A DNA stretch of 64,000 nt from Convolutriloba macropyga (GCF_964194025.1 NC_134477.1:16802001-16866000), one strand, 5' to 3'; positions 38,301 to 52,690 are shown, counted from the first letter of the stretch. The notes: generated by a model not told the origin, from the letters alone. Numbers and translations: made by a program.

Positions 38301-41300
38301 CAAAGTTTGCTGAAATTATATTAGTTCTGTTGATCTTTTTGGCTGCGATTCTTCGATTGACCATTTCTTTGACACATTTGACTTTTCGTCCTCAACAGCG
38401 GGATAAACATTTAGAGCAAGGGGGCAACATGTGCTCTTAGAGCCTTTCAGTTCAATGGTCTCCAAACATGGGATTAACAGAAACAATTTTGGAGACTTAT
38501 GCATATGGTTTGAATGTGGTTTTTAGAGGTCTTTTAACGATCGTCGTGTTGCATGACGATACTTTGTATAAGAATTTTTACTGTGCAGAAAAAAGGCAAC
38601 TGGATTTTTGGATAACCCACTTGCCTTTTGTAGAACTTTAATTGGCCCATATGTCGCTTTTCCTTGTTTGTACAACCTTTGTAGCTTGGTTTTTTTCTCT
38701 GTCTAATTTTGAGCTGCCTTTTTTATCTGCTCAAAAGCAATAAAATGTTCTGCTGAAGTGTCAGATACCCTTGAAACTTTTCAAGGTTGAGTGTGTTATA
38801 TTGAAATGCGAAAAGTGACACTTTTGTTATTATGAGGTCAGCTGGAATGATTTTTGTCTTTATTCTCAGGTCTTTTGATCTGTCATAATTTTTGCGTAGA
38901 CAAAAGTTCTCAACGCAACAGTTAATCTGTCATTTAATGACGACTTGCAGCTATTTGTTAAATGTATTTCCGAAAATATTTCTGAATCAAGTGAGTTTGA
39001 AAGTGATTGGAAAATGATCCAAAAAAAACGCGCGTTTTGATCGGAGATTGATGTCTTATTTATTAATGCCCTCAAACAAAATTTGTTGCAATTATATTAG
39101 TTCTGTTGATCTTTTTGTCTGCGATTCTTCGATTGATCATTTCTTTGACACATTTGACTTTTCGTCCTCAACAGCGGGATAAACATTTAGAGCAAGGGGG
39201 CAACATGTTCTCTTAGAGCCTTTCAGTTCAATGGTCTCCAAACATGGGATTAACAGAAACAAATTTGGAGACTTATGCATATGGTTTGAATGTGGTTTTT
39301 AGAGGTCTTTTGACGATCGTCGTGTTGCATGACGATACTTTGTATAAGAATTTTTACTGTGCAGAAAAAAGGCAACTAGATTTTTGGATAACCCACTTGC
39401 CTTTTGTAGAACTTTAATTGGCCCATATGCCGCTTTTCCTTGTCTGTACAACCTTTGTAGCTTGGTTTTTTTTCTCTGTCTAATTTTGAGCTGTCTTTTT
39501 TATCTGCTCAAAAGCAATAAAATGTTCTGCTGAAGTGTCAGATACCCTTGAAACTTTTCAAGGTTGAGTGTGTTATATTGAAATGCGAAAAGTGACACTT
39601 TTGTTATTATGAGGTCAGCTGGAATGATTTTTGTCTGTATTCTCAGGTCTTTTGATCTGTCATAATTTTTGCGTAGACAAAAGTTCTCAACGCAACAGTT
39701 GATCTGTCATTTAATTACTTGCTGCTATTTCTTAAATGTATTTCCGAAAATTTTTCTGAATCAAGTGAGTTTGAAAGTGATTGGAAAATGATCCAAAAAA
39801 ACGCGCGTTTTCATCGGAGATTGATGTCTGATTTATTAATGCCCTCAAACAAAATTTGTTGCAATTATATTAGTTCTGTTGATCTTTTTGTCTGCGATTC
39901 TTCGATTGACCATTTCTTTGACACATTTGACTTTTCGTCCTCAACAGCGGGATAAACATTTAGAGCAAGGGGGCAACATGTGCTCTTAGAGCCTTTCAGT
40001 TCAATGGTCTCCAAACATGGGATTAACAGAAACAGCTTTGGAGACTTGTACATATGGTTTGAAGGCGGTTTTTAGAGGTCTTTTGACGATTGTCGTGTTG
40101 CATGACGACACTTTGTATAAGAATCTTTACTGTGCAGAAAAAAGGCAACTTTCTTATTGGATAACCCACTTGCCTTTTGTAGAAGATTAATTGGCCCATA
40201 TGCGGCTTTTCCATGTCTGTACAACTTTTGTAGCTTGTTTTTTTTCTCTGTCTGTTTTTGAGTTGCCTTTTTTATCTGTTCAAAAGCAATAAAAATTTTC
40301 TGCTGCAATGTCAGATACCCTTGAAACTTTTCAAGGTTGAGTGTGTTTTATTGAAATGCGACAAGTGACACTTTTGTTATTATGAGGTCAGCTGGAATGA
40401 TTTTTGTCTGTATTCTCAGGTCTTTTGTTCTGTCATAATTTTTGCGTAGACAAAAGTTCTCAACGCAACAGTTCATCTGTCAATTAATGACTTGCAGCTA
40501 TTTGTTAAATGTATTTCCAAAAATTTTTCTGAATCAAGTGAGTTTGAAAGTGATTGGAAAATGATCTAAAAAACGCGCGTTTTCATTGGAGATTGATGTC
40601 TTTTTTATTATTGCTCTCAAACAAAGTTTGTAGCAATTATATTAGTACTGCTGATCATTTTTCGATTTATCATTTTTTTTGACACAATTGACTTTTCGTC
40701 CTCAACAGCGGGATAAACATTTAGAGCAAGGGGGCAACATGTGCTCTTAGAGCCTTTCAGTTCAATGGTCTCCAAACATGGGATTAACAGAAAGAATTTT
40801 GGAGACTTATACATATGGTTTGAATGTGGTTTTTAGAGGTCTTTTGACGATCGTGGTGTTGCATGACGATACTTTGTATAGGAATTTTTACTGTGCAGAA
40901 AAAAGGCAACTATATTTTTGGATAACCCACTTGCCTTTTGTAGAACTTTAATTGGCCCATATGCCGCTTTTCCTTGTCTGTACAACCTTTGTAGCTTGGT
41001 TTTTTTCTCTGTCTAATTTTGAGCTGCCTTTTTTATCTGCTCAAAAGCAATAAAATGTTCTGCTGAAGTGTCAGATACCCTTGAAACTTTTCAAAGTTGA
41101 GTGTGTTATATTGAAATGCGAAAAGTGACACTTTTGTTATTATGAGGTCAGCTGGAATGAATTTTGTCTGTATTCTCAGGTCTTTTGATCTGTCAAAATT
41201 TTTGCGTAGACAAAAGTTCTCAACGCAACAGTTGATCTGTCATTTAATTACTTGCAGCTATTTGTTAAATGTATTTCCGAAAATTTTTCTGAATCAAGTG

Positions 41301-44300
41301 AGTTTGAAAGTGATTGGAAAATGATCCAAAAAAACGCGCGTTTTCATCGGAGATTGATGTCTTATTTATTAATGCCCTCAAACAAAATTTGTTGCAATTA
41401 TATTAGTTCTCTTGATCTTTTTGATTGCGATTCTTCGATTGACCATTTCTTTGACACATTTGACTTTTCGTCCTCAACAGCGGGATAAACATTTAGAGCA
41501 AGGGGGCAACATGTGCTCTTAGAGCCTTTCAGTTCAATGGTCTCCAAACATGGGATTAACAGAAACAATTCTGGAGACTTATGCATATGATTTGAATGTG
41601 GTTTTTAGAGGTCTTTTGACGATCGTCGTGTTGCATGACGATACTTTGTATAAGAATTTTTACTGTGCAGAAAAAAGGCAACTAGATTTTTGGATAACCC
41701 ACTTGCCTTTTGTAGAACTTTAATTGGCTCATAGGCCGCTTTTCCTTGTCTGTACAACCTTTGTAGCTTGGTTTTTTTCTCTGTCTAATTTTGAGCTGCC
41801 TTTTTTATCTGCTCAAAAGCAATAAAACGTTCTGCTGAAGTGTCAGATACCCTTGAAACTTTTTAAAGTTGAGTATGTTATATTGAAATGCGAAAAGTGA
41901 CACTTTTGTTATTATGAGGTCAGCTGGAATGATTTTTGTCTGTATTGTCAGGTCTTTTGCTCTGTCATAGTTTTTGCGTAGACAAAAGTTCTCAACGCAA
42001 CAGTTGATCTGTCATTTAATTACTTGCAGCTATTTGTTAAATGTATTTCCGAAAATATTTCTGAATCAAGTGAGTTTGAAAGTGATTGGAAATTGATCCA
42101 AAAAAACGCGCGTTTTCATCGGAGATTGATGTCTTATTTATTAATGCCCTCAAACAAAATTTGTTGCAATTATATTAGTTCTGTTGATCTTTTTGTCTGC
42201 GATTCTTCGATTGACCATTTCTTTGACACATTTGACTTTTCGTCCTCAAAAGCGGGATAAACAGTTAGAGCACGGGGGCAACATGTGCTCTTAGAGCCTT
42301 TCAGTTCAATGGTCTCCAAACATGGGATTAACAGAAACAATTTTGGAGACTTATACATATGGTTTGAATGTGGTTTTTAGAGGTCTTTTGACGATCGTCG
42401 TGTTGCATAACGATACTTTGTATAAGAATTTTTACTGTGCAGAAAAAAGGCAACTAGATTTTTGGATAACCCACTTGCCTTTTGTAGAACTTTAATTGGC
42501 CCATATGCCGCTTTTCCTTGTCTGTACAACCTTTGTAGCTTGGTTTTTTACGCTGTCTAATTTTGAGCTGCCTTTTTTATCTGCCCAAAAGCAATAAAAT
42601 GTTCTGCTGAAGTGTCAGATACCCTTGAAACTTTTCAAGGTTGAGTGTGTTATATTGAAATGCGAAAAGTGACACTTTTGTTATTATGAGGTCAGCTGGA
42701 ATGATTTTTGTCTGTATTCTCAGGTCTTTTGATCTGTCATAATTTTTGCGTAGACAAAAGTTCTCAACGCAACAGTTGATGTGTCATTTAATTACTTGCA
42801 GCTAATTGTTAAATGTATTTCCGAAAATTTTTTTGAATCAAGTGAGTTTGAAAGTGATTGGAAATTGATCCAAAAAAACGCGCGTTTTCATCGGAGATTG
42901 ATGTCTTTTTTATTAATGCCCTCAAACAAAATTTGTTGCAATTATATTAGTTCTGTTGATCTTTTTGTCTGCGATTCTTCGATTGACCATTTCTTTGACA
43001 CATTTGACTTTTCGTCCTCAAAAGCGGGATAAACAGTTAGAGCACGGGGGCAACATGTGCTCTTAGAGCCTTTCAGTTCAATGGTCTCCAAACATGGGAT
43101 TAACAGAAACAATTTTGGAGACTTATACATATGGTTTGAATGTGGTTTTTAGAGGTCTTTTGACGATCGTCGTGTTGCATAACGATACTTTGTATAAGAA
43201 TTTTTACTGTGCAGAAAAAAGGCAACTAGATTTTTGGATAACCCACTTGCCTTTTGTAGAACTTTAATTGGCCCATATGCCGCTTTTCCTTGTCTGTACA
43301 ACCTTTGTAGCTTGGTTTTTTACGCTGTCTAATTTTGAGCTGCCTTTTTTATCTGCCCAAAAGCAATAAAATGTTCTGCTGAAGTGTCAGATACCCTTGA
43401 AACTTTTCAAGGTTGAGTGTGTTATATTGAAATGCGAAAAGTGACACTTTTGTTATTATGAGGTCAGCTGGAATGATTTTTGTCTGTATTCTCAGGTCTT
43501 TTGATCTGTCATAATTTTTGCGTAGACAAAAGTTCTCAACGCAACAGTTGATGTGTCATTTAATTACTTGCAGCTAATTGTTAAATGTATTTCCGAAAAT
43601 TTTTTTGAATCAAGTGAGTTTGAAAGTGATTGGAAATTGATCCAAAAAAACGCGCGTTTTCATCGGAGATTGATGTCTTTTTTATTAATGCCCTCAAACA
43701 AAATTTGTTGCAATTATATTAGTTCTGTTGATCTTTTTGTCTGCGATTCTTCGATTGACCATTTCTTTGACACATTTGACTTTTCGTCCTCAAAAGCGGG
43801 ATAAACAGTTAGAGCAAGGGGGCAACATGTGCTCTTACAGCCTTTCAGTTCAATGGTCTCCAAACATGGGATTAACAGAAACAATTTTGGAGACTTATAC
43901 ATATGGTTTGTATGTGGTTTTTAGAGGTCTTTTGACGATCGTCGTGTTGCATAACGATACTTTGTATAAGAATTTTTACTGTGCAGAAAAAAGGCAACTA
44001 GATTTTTGGATAACCCACTTGCCTTTTGTAGAACTTTAATTGGCCCATATGCCGCTTTTCCTTGTCTGTACAACCTTTGTAGCTTGGTTTTTTACGCTGT
44101 CTAATTTTGAGCTGCCTTTTTTATCTGCCCAAAAGCAATAAAATGTTCTGCTGAAGTGTCAGATACCCTTGAAACTTTTCAAGGTTGAGTGTGTTATATT
44201 GAAATGCGAAAAGTGACACCTTTGTTATTATGAGGTCAGCTGGAATGATTTTTGTCTGTATTCTCAGGTCTTTTGATCTGTCATAATTTTTGCGTAGACA

Positions 44301-47300
44301 AAAGTTCTCAACGCAACAGTTGATGTGTCATTTAATTACTTGCAGCTAATTGTTAAATGTATTTCCGAAAATTTTTTTGAATCAAGTGAGTTTGAAAGTG
44401 ATTGGAAATTGATCCAAAAAAACGCGCGTTTTCATCGGAGATTGATGTCTTTTTTATTAATGCCCTCAAACAAAATTTGTTGCAATTATATTAGTTCTGT
44501 TGATCTTTTTGTCTGCGATTCTTCGATTGACCATTTCTTTGACACATTTGACTTTTCGTCCTCAAAAGCGGGATAAACAGTTAGAGCAAGGGGGCAACAT
44601 GTGCTCTTACAGCCTTTCAGTTCAATGGTCTCCAAACATGGGATTAACAGAAACAATTTTGGAGACTTATGCATATGGTTTGAATGTGGTTTTTAGAGGT
44701 CTTTTGACGATCGTCGTGTTGCATGACGATACTTTGTATAAGAATTTTTACTGTGCAGAAAAAAGGCAACTAGATTTTTGGATAACCCACTTGCCTTTTG
44801 TAGAACTTTAATTGGCCCATATGCCGCTTTTCCTTGTCTGTACAACCTTTGTAGCTTGGTTTTTTCTCTGTCTAATTTTGAGGTGCCTTTTTTATCTGCT
44901 CAAAAGCAATAAAATGTTCTGCTGAAGTGTCAGATACCCTTGAAACTTTTCAAGGTTGAGTGTGTTATATTGAAATGCGAAAAGTGACACTTTTGTTATT
45001 ATGAGGTCAGCTGGAATGATTTTTGTCTGTATTCTCAGGTCTTTTGATCTGTCATAATTTTTGCGTAGACAAAAGTTCTCAACGCAACAGTTGATCTGTC
45101 ATTTAATTACTTGCAGCTATTTGTTAAATGTATTTCCGGAAATATTTCTGAATCAGGTAAGTTTGAAAGTGATTGGAAAATGATCTATAAAAAAACGCGC
45201 ATTTTCATCGGAGATTGATGTCTTATTTATTTTGCCCTCAAAAAAGTTTGTTGCAATTATATTAGTTCTGTTAATCTTTTTGTCTGCGAATCTTCGATTG
45301 ACCATTTTTTTGATACTTTCGACTTTTCGTCCTCAAAAGCGGGATAAACAGTTAGAGCACGGGGTCAATATGTGCTCTTAGAGCCTTTCAGTTCAATGGT
45401 CTCCAAATATGGGATTAACAGAAACAGTTTTGCAGACTTATACATATGGTTTGAAGGTGGTTTTTAGAGGTCTTTTGACGATTGTCGTGTTGCATGACGA
45501 TACTTTGTATAAGAATTTTTACTGTGCAGAAAAAAGGCAACTATATTTTTGGATAAACCACTTGCCTTTTGTAGAACTTTAATTGGCCCATATGCGGCTT
45601 TTCCATGTCTGTACAACCTTTGTAGCTTGGTTTTTTACGCTGTCTAATTTTTAGCTGCCTTTTTTATCTGCTCAAAAGCAATAAAATGTTCTGCTGAAGT
45701 GTCAGATACCCTTGAAAGTTTTCAAGGTTGAGTGTGTTATATTGAAATGCGAAAAGTGACACTTTTGTTATTATGAGGTCAGCTGGAATGATTTTTGTCT
45801 GTATTCTCAGGTCTTTTGATCTGTCATAATTTTTGCGTAGACAAAAGTTCTCAACGCAACAGTTGATCTGTCATTTAATTACTAGCAGCTTTTTGTTAAA
45901 TGTATGTCCGAAAATTTTTCTGAATCAAGTGAGTTTGAAAGTGATTGGAAAATGATCCAAAAAAACGCGCGTTTTCATCGGAGATTGATGTCTTATTTAT
46001 TAATGGCCTCAAACAAAATTTGTTGTAATTATATTAGTTCTGTTGATCTTTTTGTCTGCGATTCTTCGATTGACCATTTCCTTGACACATTTGACTTTTC
46101 GTCCTCAAAAGCGGGATAAACAGTTAGAGCACGGTGTCAAAATGTGCTCTTAGAGCCTTTCAGTTCAATGGTCTCCAAACATGGGATTAACAGAAACAAT
46201 TTTGGAGACTTATACATATGGTTTGAATGTGGTTTTTATAGGTCTTTTGACGATCGTCGTGTTGCATGACGATACTTTGTATAAGAATTTTTACTGTTCA
46301 GAAAAAAGACAATTATATTTTTGGATAACCCACTTGCCTTTTGTAGAACTTTAATTGGCCCATATGCGGCTTTTCCATGTCTGTACAACCTTTGTAGCTT
46401 GATTTTTTTCGCTGTCTAATATTGAGCTGCTTTTTTATCTGTTCAAAAGCAATAAAAATTTTCTGCTGAAGTGTCAGATACCCTTGAAACTTTTCAAGGT
46501 TGTGTGTGTTATATTGAAATGCGACAAGTGACACTTTTGTTATTATTACGTCAGCTGGAATGATTTTTGTCTGTATTGTCAGGTCTTTTGCTCTGTCATA
46601 GTTTTTGCGTAGACAAAAGTTCTCAACGCAACAGTTAATCTGTCATTTAATGACTTGCAAATATTTGTTAATTGTAATTCCGAAAATTTTTTGGAATCAG
46701 GTGAGTTTGAAAGTGATTGGAAAATCATCTAAAAAAACGCGCGTTTTCATCGGAGTTTGATGTCTTATTTATTATTGCCCTCAAACAAAGTTTGTTGCAA
46801 TTATATTAGTTCTGTTGATCTTTTTGTCTGCGATTCTTCGATTGACCATTTTTTTGACACATTTAACTTTTCGTCCTCAAAAGCGGGATAAACAGTTAGA
46901 GCACGGGGGCAATATGTGCTCTTAGAGCTTTTCAGTTCAATGGTCTCCAAATATGGGATTAACAGAAACAGTTTTGGAGACTTATACATATGGTTTGAAG
47001 GTGGTTTTTAGAGGTCTTCTGACGATCGTCGTGTTGCATGACGATACTTTGTAAGAATCTTTACTGTGCAGAAAAAAGGCAACTTTCTTTTTGGATAACC
47101 CACTTGCCTTTTGTAGAACTTTAATTGGCCCATATGCGGCTTTTCCATGTCTGTACAACCTTTGTAGCTTGATTTTTTTCTCTGTCTAATATTGAGCTGC
47201 TTTTTTTATCTGTTCAAAAGCAATAAAAACTTTCTGCGGAAATGTCAGATACCCTTGAAACTTTTCAAGGTTGTGGGTTTTATATTGAAATGCGACAAGT

Positions 47301-50300
47301 GACACTTTTGTTATTATTAGGTCAGCTGGAATGATTTTTGTCTGTATTCTCAGTTCTTTTGTTCTGTCATAGTTTTTGCGTAGACAAAAGTTCTCAACGC
47401 AACAGTTAATCTGTCCTTTAATGACTTGCAGCTATTTGTTAAATGTATTTCCGAAAACTTTTCGGAATCAGGTGAGTTTGAAAGTGATTGGAAAATCATC
47501 TAAAAAAACGCGCGTTTTCATCGGAGTTTGATGTCTTATTTATTATTGCCCTCAAAAAAAGTTTGTTGCAATTATATTAGTTCTGTTGATCTTTTTGTCT
47601 GCGATTCTTCAATTGACCATTTTTTTGACAAATTTGACTTTTCGTTCTCAAAAGCGGGATAAACAGTTAGAGCACGGGGGCAATATGTGCTCTTAGAGCC
47701 TTTCAGTTCAATTGTCTCCAAATATGGTATTAACAGAAACAGTTTTGGAGACTTTTACATATGGTTTGAAGGTGGTTTTTAGATCTTTTGACGATCGTCG
47801 GGTTGCATGACGATACTTTGTATAAGAATCTTTACTGTGCAGAAAAAAAAGCAACTTTCTTTTTGGATAACCCACTTGCCATTTGTAGAAGTTTAATTGG
47901 CCCATATGCGGCTTTTCCATGTCTGTGCAACCTTTGTAGCTTGATTTTTTTTCTCTGTCTAATTTTGAGCTGCCTTTTTTATCTATTCAAAAGCAATAAA
48001 AATGTTCCACTGAAGTGTCAGATACCCTTGAAACTTTTCAAGGTTTAGTGTCTAATTTTGAAATGCGACAAGTGACACTTTTGTTATTATGAGGTCAGCT
48101 GGAATAATATTTGTCTGTATTCTCAGGTCTTTTGTTCTGTCATAATTTTTGCGTAGACAAAAGTTCTCAACGCAACAGTTAATCTGTCATTTAATGACTT
48201 GCAGCTATTTGTTAAATGTATTTCCGAAAATATTTTTCTGAATCAGGTGAGTTTGAAAGTGATCGGAAAACGATCTAAAGAAACGCGCGTTTTCATCGGA
48301 GATTGATTTCTTATTTACTATAGCCCTTAAACAAAGTTTGTTGCAATTATATTAGGTCTGTTGATCTTTTTGTCTGCCATTCTTCGATTGACCATTTTTT
48401 TGACACATTTGACTTTTCGTCCTCAAAAGCGGGATAAACAGTTAGAGCACGGGGGCAATATGTGCTCTTAGAGCCTTTCAGTTCATTGGTCTCCGAATAT
48501 GGGATAAACAGAAACAGTTTTGGAGACTTATACATACGGTTTGAAGGTGGTTTTTAGAGGTCTTTTGACGATCGTCGTGTTGCATGACGATACTTTGTAT
48601 AAGAATCTTTACTGTGCAGAAAAAAGGCAACTTTCTTTTTGGATAACCCACTTGCCTTTTGTAGAACTTTAATTGGCCCATATGCGGCTTTTCCATGTCT
48701 GTACAACCTTTGTAGCTTGATTTTCTTTCTCTGTCTAAATTTGAGCTGCCTTTTTTATCTATTCAAAAACAATAAAAATGTTCTGCTGAAGTGTCAGATA
48801 CCCTTGAAACTTTTCAAGGTTTAGTGTCTAATATTGAAAGCGACAAGTGACACTTTTGTTATTATTAGGTCAGCTGAAATGATTTTTGTCTGTATTCTCA
48901 GGTCTTTTGCTCTATCATAATTTTTGCGTCGACAAAAGTTCTCAACGCAACAGTTAATCTGTCATTTAATGACTTGCAGCTGTTTGTTAAATGTATTTCC
49001 GGAAATTTTTCTGAATCAGGTGAGTTTGAAAGTGATTGGAAAATGATCTATAAAAAAACGCGCGTTTTCATCGGAGATTGATGTCTTATTTATTTTTGCC
49101 CTCAAAAAAAGTTTGTTGCAATTATATTAGTTCTGTTAATCTTTTTGTCTGCGATTCTTCGCTTGACCATTTTTTTGATACTTTCGACTTTTCGTCCTCA
49201 AAAGCGGGATAAACAGTTAGAGCACGGGGTCAATATGTGCTCTTAGAGCCTTTCAGTTCAATGGTCTCCAATTATGTGATTAACAGAAACAGTTTTGGAG
49301 ACTTATACATATGGTTTGAAGATGGTTTTTAGAGGTGTTTTGACATTCGTCGTGTTGCATGACCATACTTTGTATAGGAATTTTTACTGTGCAGAAAAAA
49401 GGCAACTTTCTTTTTGGATAACCCGCTTGCCTTTTGTAGAACTTTAATTGGCCCATATGCGGCTTTTCCATGTCTGTACAACCTATGTAGCTTGATTTTC
49501 TTTCTCTGTCTAAATTTGAGCTGCTTTTTTTATCTATTCAAAAACAATAAAAATGTTCTGCTGAAGTGTCTGATACCCTTGAAACTTTTCAAGGTTTAGT
49601 GTCTAATATTGAAATGCGACAAGTGACACTTTTGTTATGATTAGGTCAGCTGAAATGATTTTTGTCTGTATTCTCAGGTCTTTTGCTCTATCATAATTTT
49701 TGCGTCGACAAAAGTTCTCAACGCAACAGTTAATCTGTCATTTAATGACTTGCAGCTATTTGTTAAATGTATTTCCGGAAATTTTTCTGAATCAGGTGAG
49801 TTTGAAAGTGATTGGAAAATGATCAATAAAAAAACGCGCGTTTTCATCGGAGATTGATGTCTTATTTATTTTTGCCCTCAAAAAAAGTTTGTTGCAATTA
49901 TATTAGTTCTGTTAATCTTTTTGTCTGCGATTCTTCGATTAACCATTTTTTTTGATACTTTCGACTTTTCGTCCTCAAAAGCGGGATAAACAGTTAGAGC
50001 ACGGGGTCAATATGTGCTCTTAGAGCCTTTCAGTTCAATGGTCTCCAAATATGGGATTAACAGAAACAGTTTTGCAGACTTATACATATGGTTTGAAGGT
50101 GGTTTTTAGAGGTCTTTTGACGATTGTCGTGTTGCATGACGATACTTTGTATAAGAATTTTTACTGTGCAGAAAAAAAGCAACTATATTTTTGGATAACC
50201 CACTTGCCTTTTGTAGAACTTTAATTGGCCCATATGCGGCTTTTCCATGTCTGTACAACCTTTGTAGCTTGATTTTCTTTCTCTGTCTAGATTTGAGCTG

Positions 50301-52451
50301 CCTTTTTTATCTATTCAAAAGCAATAAAAATGTTCTGCTGAAGTGTCAGATGCCCTTGAAACTTTTCAAGGTTTAGTGTCTAATATTGAAATGCGACAAG
50401 TGACACTTTTGTTATTATTAGGTCAGCTGGAATTATTTTTGTCTGTATTCTCAGGTCTTTTGCTCTGTCATAATTTTTGCGTAGACAAAATTTCTCAACG
50501 CAACAGTTAATCTGTCATTTAATGACTTGCAGCTATTTGTTAAATGTATTTCCGAAAATTTTTCTGAATCAGGTGAGTTCGAAAGTGATTGGAAAATGAT
50601 CTAAAAAACGCGCGTTTTCATCGGCGATTGATGTCTTATTTATTATTGCCCTCAAACAAAGTTCGTTGCAATTATATTAGTTCTGTTAATCTTTTTGTCT
50701 GCGATTCTTCGCTTGACCATTTTTTTGATACTTTCGACTTTTCGTCCTCAAAAGCGGGATAAACAGTTAGAGCACGGGGTCAATATGTGCTCTTAGAGCC
50801 TTTCAGTTCAATGGTCTCCAATTATGTGATTAACAGAAACAGTTTTGGAGACTTATACATATGGTTTGAAGATGGTTTTTAGAGGTGTTTTGACATTCGT
50901 CGTGTTGCATGACCATACTTTGTATAGGAATTTTTACTGTGCAGAAAAAAGGCAACTTTCTTTTTGGATAACCCGCTTGCCTTTTGTAGAACTTTAATTG
51001 GCCCATATGCGGCTTTTCCATGTCTGTACAACCTATGTAGCTTGATTTTCTTTCTCTGTCTAAATTTGAGCTGCTTTTTTTATCTATTCAAAAACAATAA
51101 AATGTTCTGCTGAAGTGTCTGATACCCCTGAAACTTTTCAAGGTTTAGTGTCTAATATTGAAATGCGACAAGTGACACTTTTGTTATAATTAGGTCAGCT
51201 GAAATGATTTTTGTCTGTATTCTCAGGTCTTTTGCTCTATCATAATTTTTGCGTCGACAAAGTTCTCAACGCAACAGTTAATCTGTCATTTAATGACTTG
51301 CAGCTATCTGTTAAATGTATTTCCGGAAATTTTTCTGAATCAGGTGAGTTTGAAAGTGATTGGAAATTGATCAATAAAAAAACGCGCGTTTTCATCGGAG
51401 ATTGATGTCTTATTTATTTTTGCCCTCAAAAAAAGTTTGTTGCAATTATATTAGTTCTGTTAATCTTTTTGTCTGCGATTCTTCGATTAACCATTTTTTT
51501 TGATACTTTCGACTTTTCGTCCTCAAAAGCGGGATAAACAGTTAGAGCACGGGGTCAATATGTGCTCTTAGAGCCTTTCAGTTCAATGGTCTCCAAATAT
51601 GGGATTAACAGAAACATTTTTGCAGACTTATACATATGGTTTGAAGGTGGTTTTTAGAGGTCTTTTGACGATTGTCGTGTTGCATGACGATACTTTGTAT
51701 AAGAATTTTTACTGTGCAGAAAAAAGGCAACTATATTTTTGGATAACCCACTTGCCTTTTGTAGAACTTTAATTGGCCCATATGCGGCTTTTCCATGTCT
51801 GTACAACCTTTGTAGCTTGATTTTCTTTCTCTGTCTAGATTTGAGCTGCCTTTTTTATCTATTCAAAAGCAATAAAAATGTTCTGCTGAAGTGTCAGATA
51901 CCCTTGAAACTTTTCAAGGTTTAGTGTCTAATATTGAAATGCGACAAGTGACACTTTTGTTATTATTAGGTCAGCTGGAATTATTTTTGTCTGTATTCTC
52001 AGGTCTTTTGCTCTGTCATAATTTTTGCGTAGACAAAAGTTCTCAACGCAACAGTTAATCTGTCATTTAATGACTTGCAGCTATTTGTTAAATGTATTTC
52101 CGAAAATTTTTCTGAATCAGGTGAGTTCGAAAGTGATTGGAAAATGATCTAAAAAACGCGCGTTTTCATCGGCGATTGATGTCTTATTTATTATTGCCCT
52201 CAAACAAAGTTTGTTGCAATTATATTAGTTCTGTTGATCTTTTTGTCTGCGATTCCTAGATTAACCATTTTTTTTTGACACATTTGACTTTTCGTCCTCA
52301 AAAGTGGGATAAACAGTTAGAGCACGGGGTCAATATGTGCTCTTAGAGCCTTTCAGTTCAATGGTCTCCAAATATGGGATTAACAGAAACAGTTTTGGAG
52401 ACTTATACATATGGTTTGAAGGTGGTTTTTAGAGGTCTTTTGACGATCGTC
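23215..52451 (-). repeat. Macrosatellite: 38 head-to-tail units of ~760-785 bp (variants 861 and 443 bp) derived from the integrase 5' end and upstream Polinton DNA
   Basis: The marker GGGATTAACAGAAAC (or a close variant) was counted 38 times between about 23932 and 52375. Units carry the integrase N-terminal codons (LYRHGKAAYGPIKLLQKASGLS.KKVAFFLHSKDSYTKYRHATR). The first unit is continuous with the rest of the integrase. Confidence 0.97.
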
Positions 52452-52690
52452 CCCACCCCTGCACACTTCAGGTCGTGAGAGTCTCGTGTAGCTAAAGATC
52501 CCCCTCCCACCGTTGCTCGCACCCTACTGTTGCCCCCATCCCCCCCCCCGCAGTTGCAAACCTCAACCCCGCTGCGCTCACCCCATTCTCCCTCAATAGA
52601 GCTAAAGCTGGCATCACTAAACTGACGGACCGAACCATTCGCCGATCGTTTGATAGCAATTCGCCCGACAGATGGTTATGTTTAGTTTTC
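52452..52690 (+). repeat. C-rich dispersed repeat, with related copies at about 53340-53450 and 61280-61490
   Basis: C-rich tract followed by AATAGAGCTAAAG..CACTAA..AACCATTCGCCGATCGTTTGATAGCAATTCGCCC..GGTTATG; diverged matches in the other two intervals. Confidence 0.5.

Noticed and set aside
23937-51924. Dozens of recurring 60-134-aa ORFs (e.g. MYKSPKLFLLIP..., MEKPHMGQL...) as a tandem gene family
   Set aside because: They recur only because the DNA unit repeats; frames are broken variably by homopolymer indels. Only the integrase N-terminal frame has recognisable homology.
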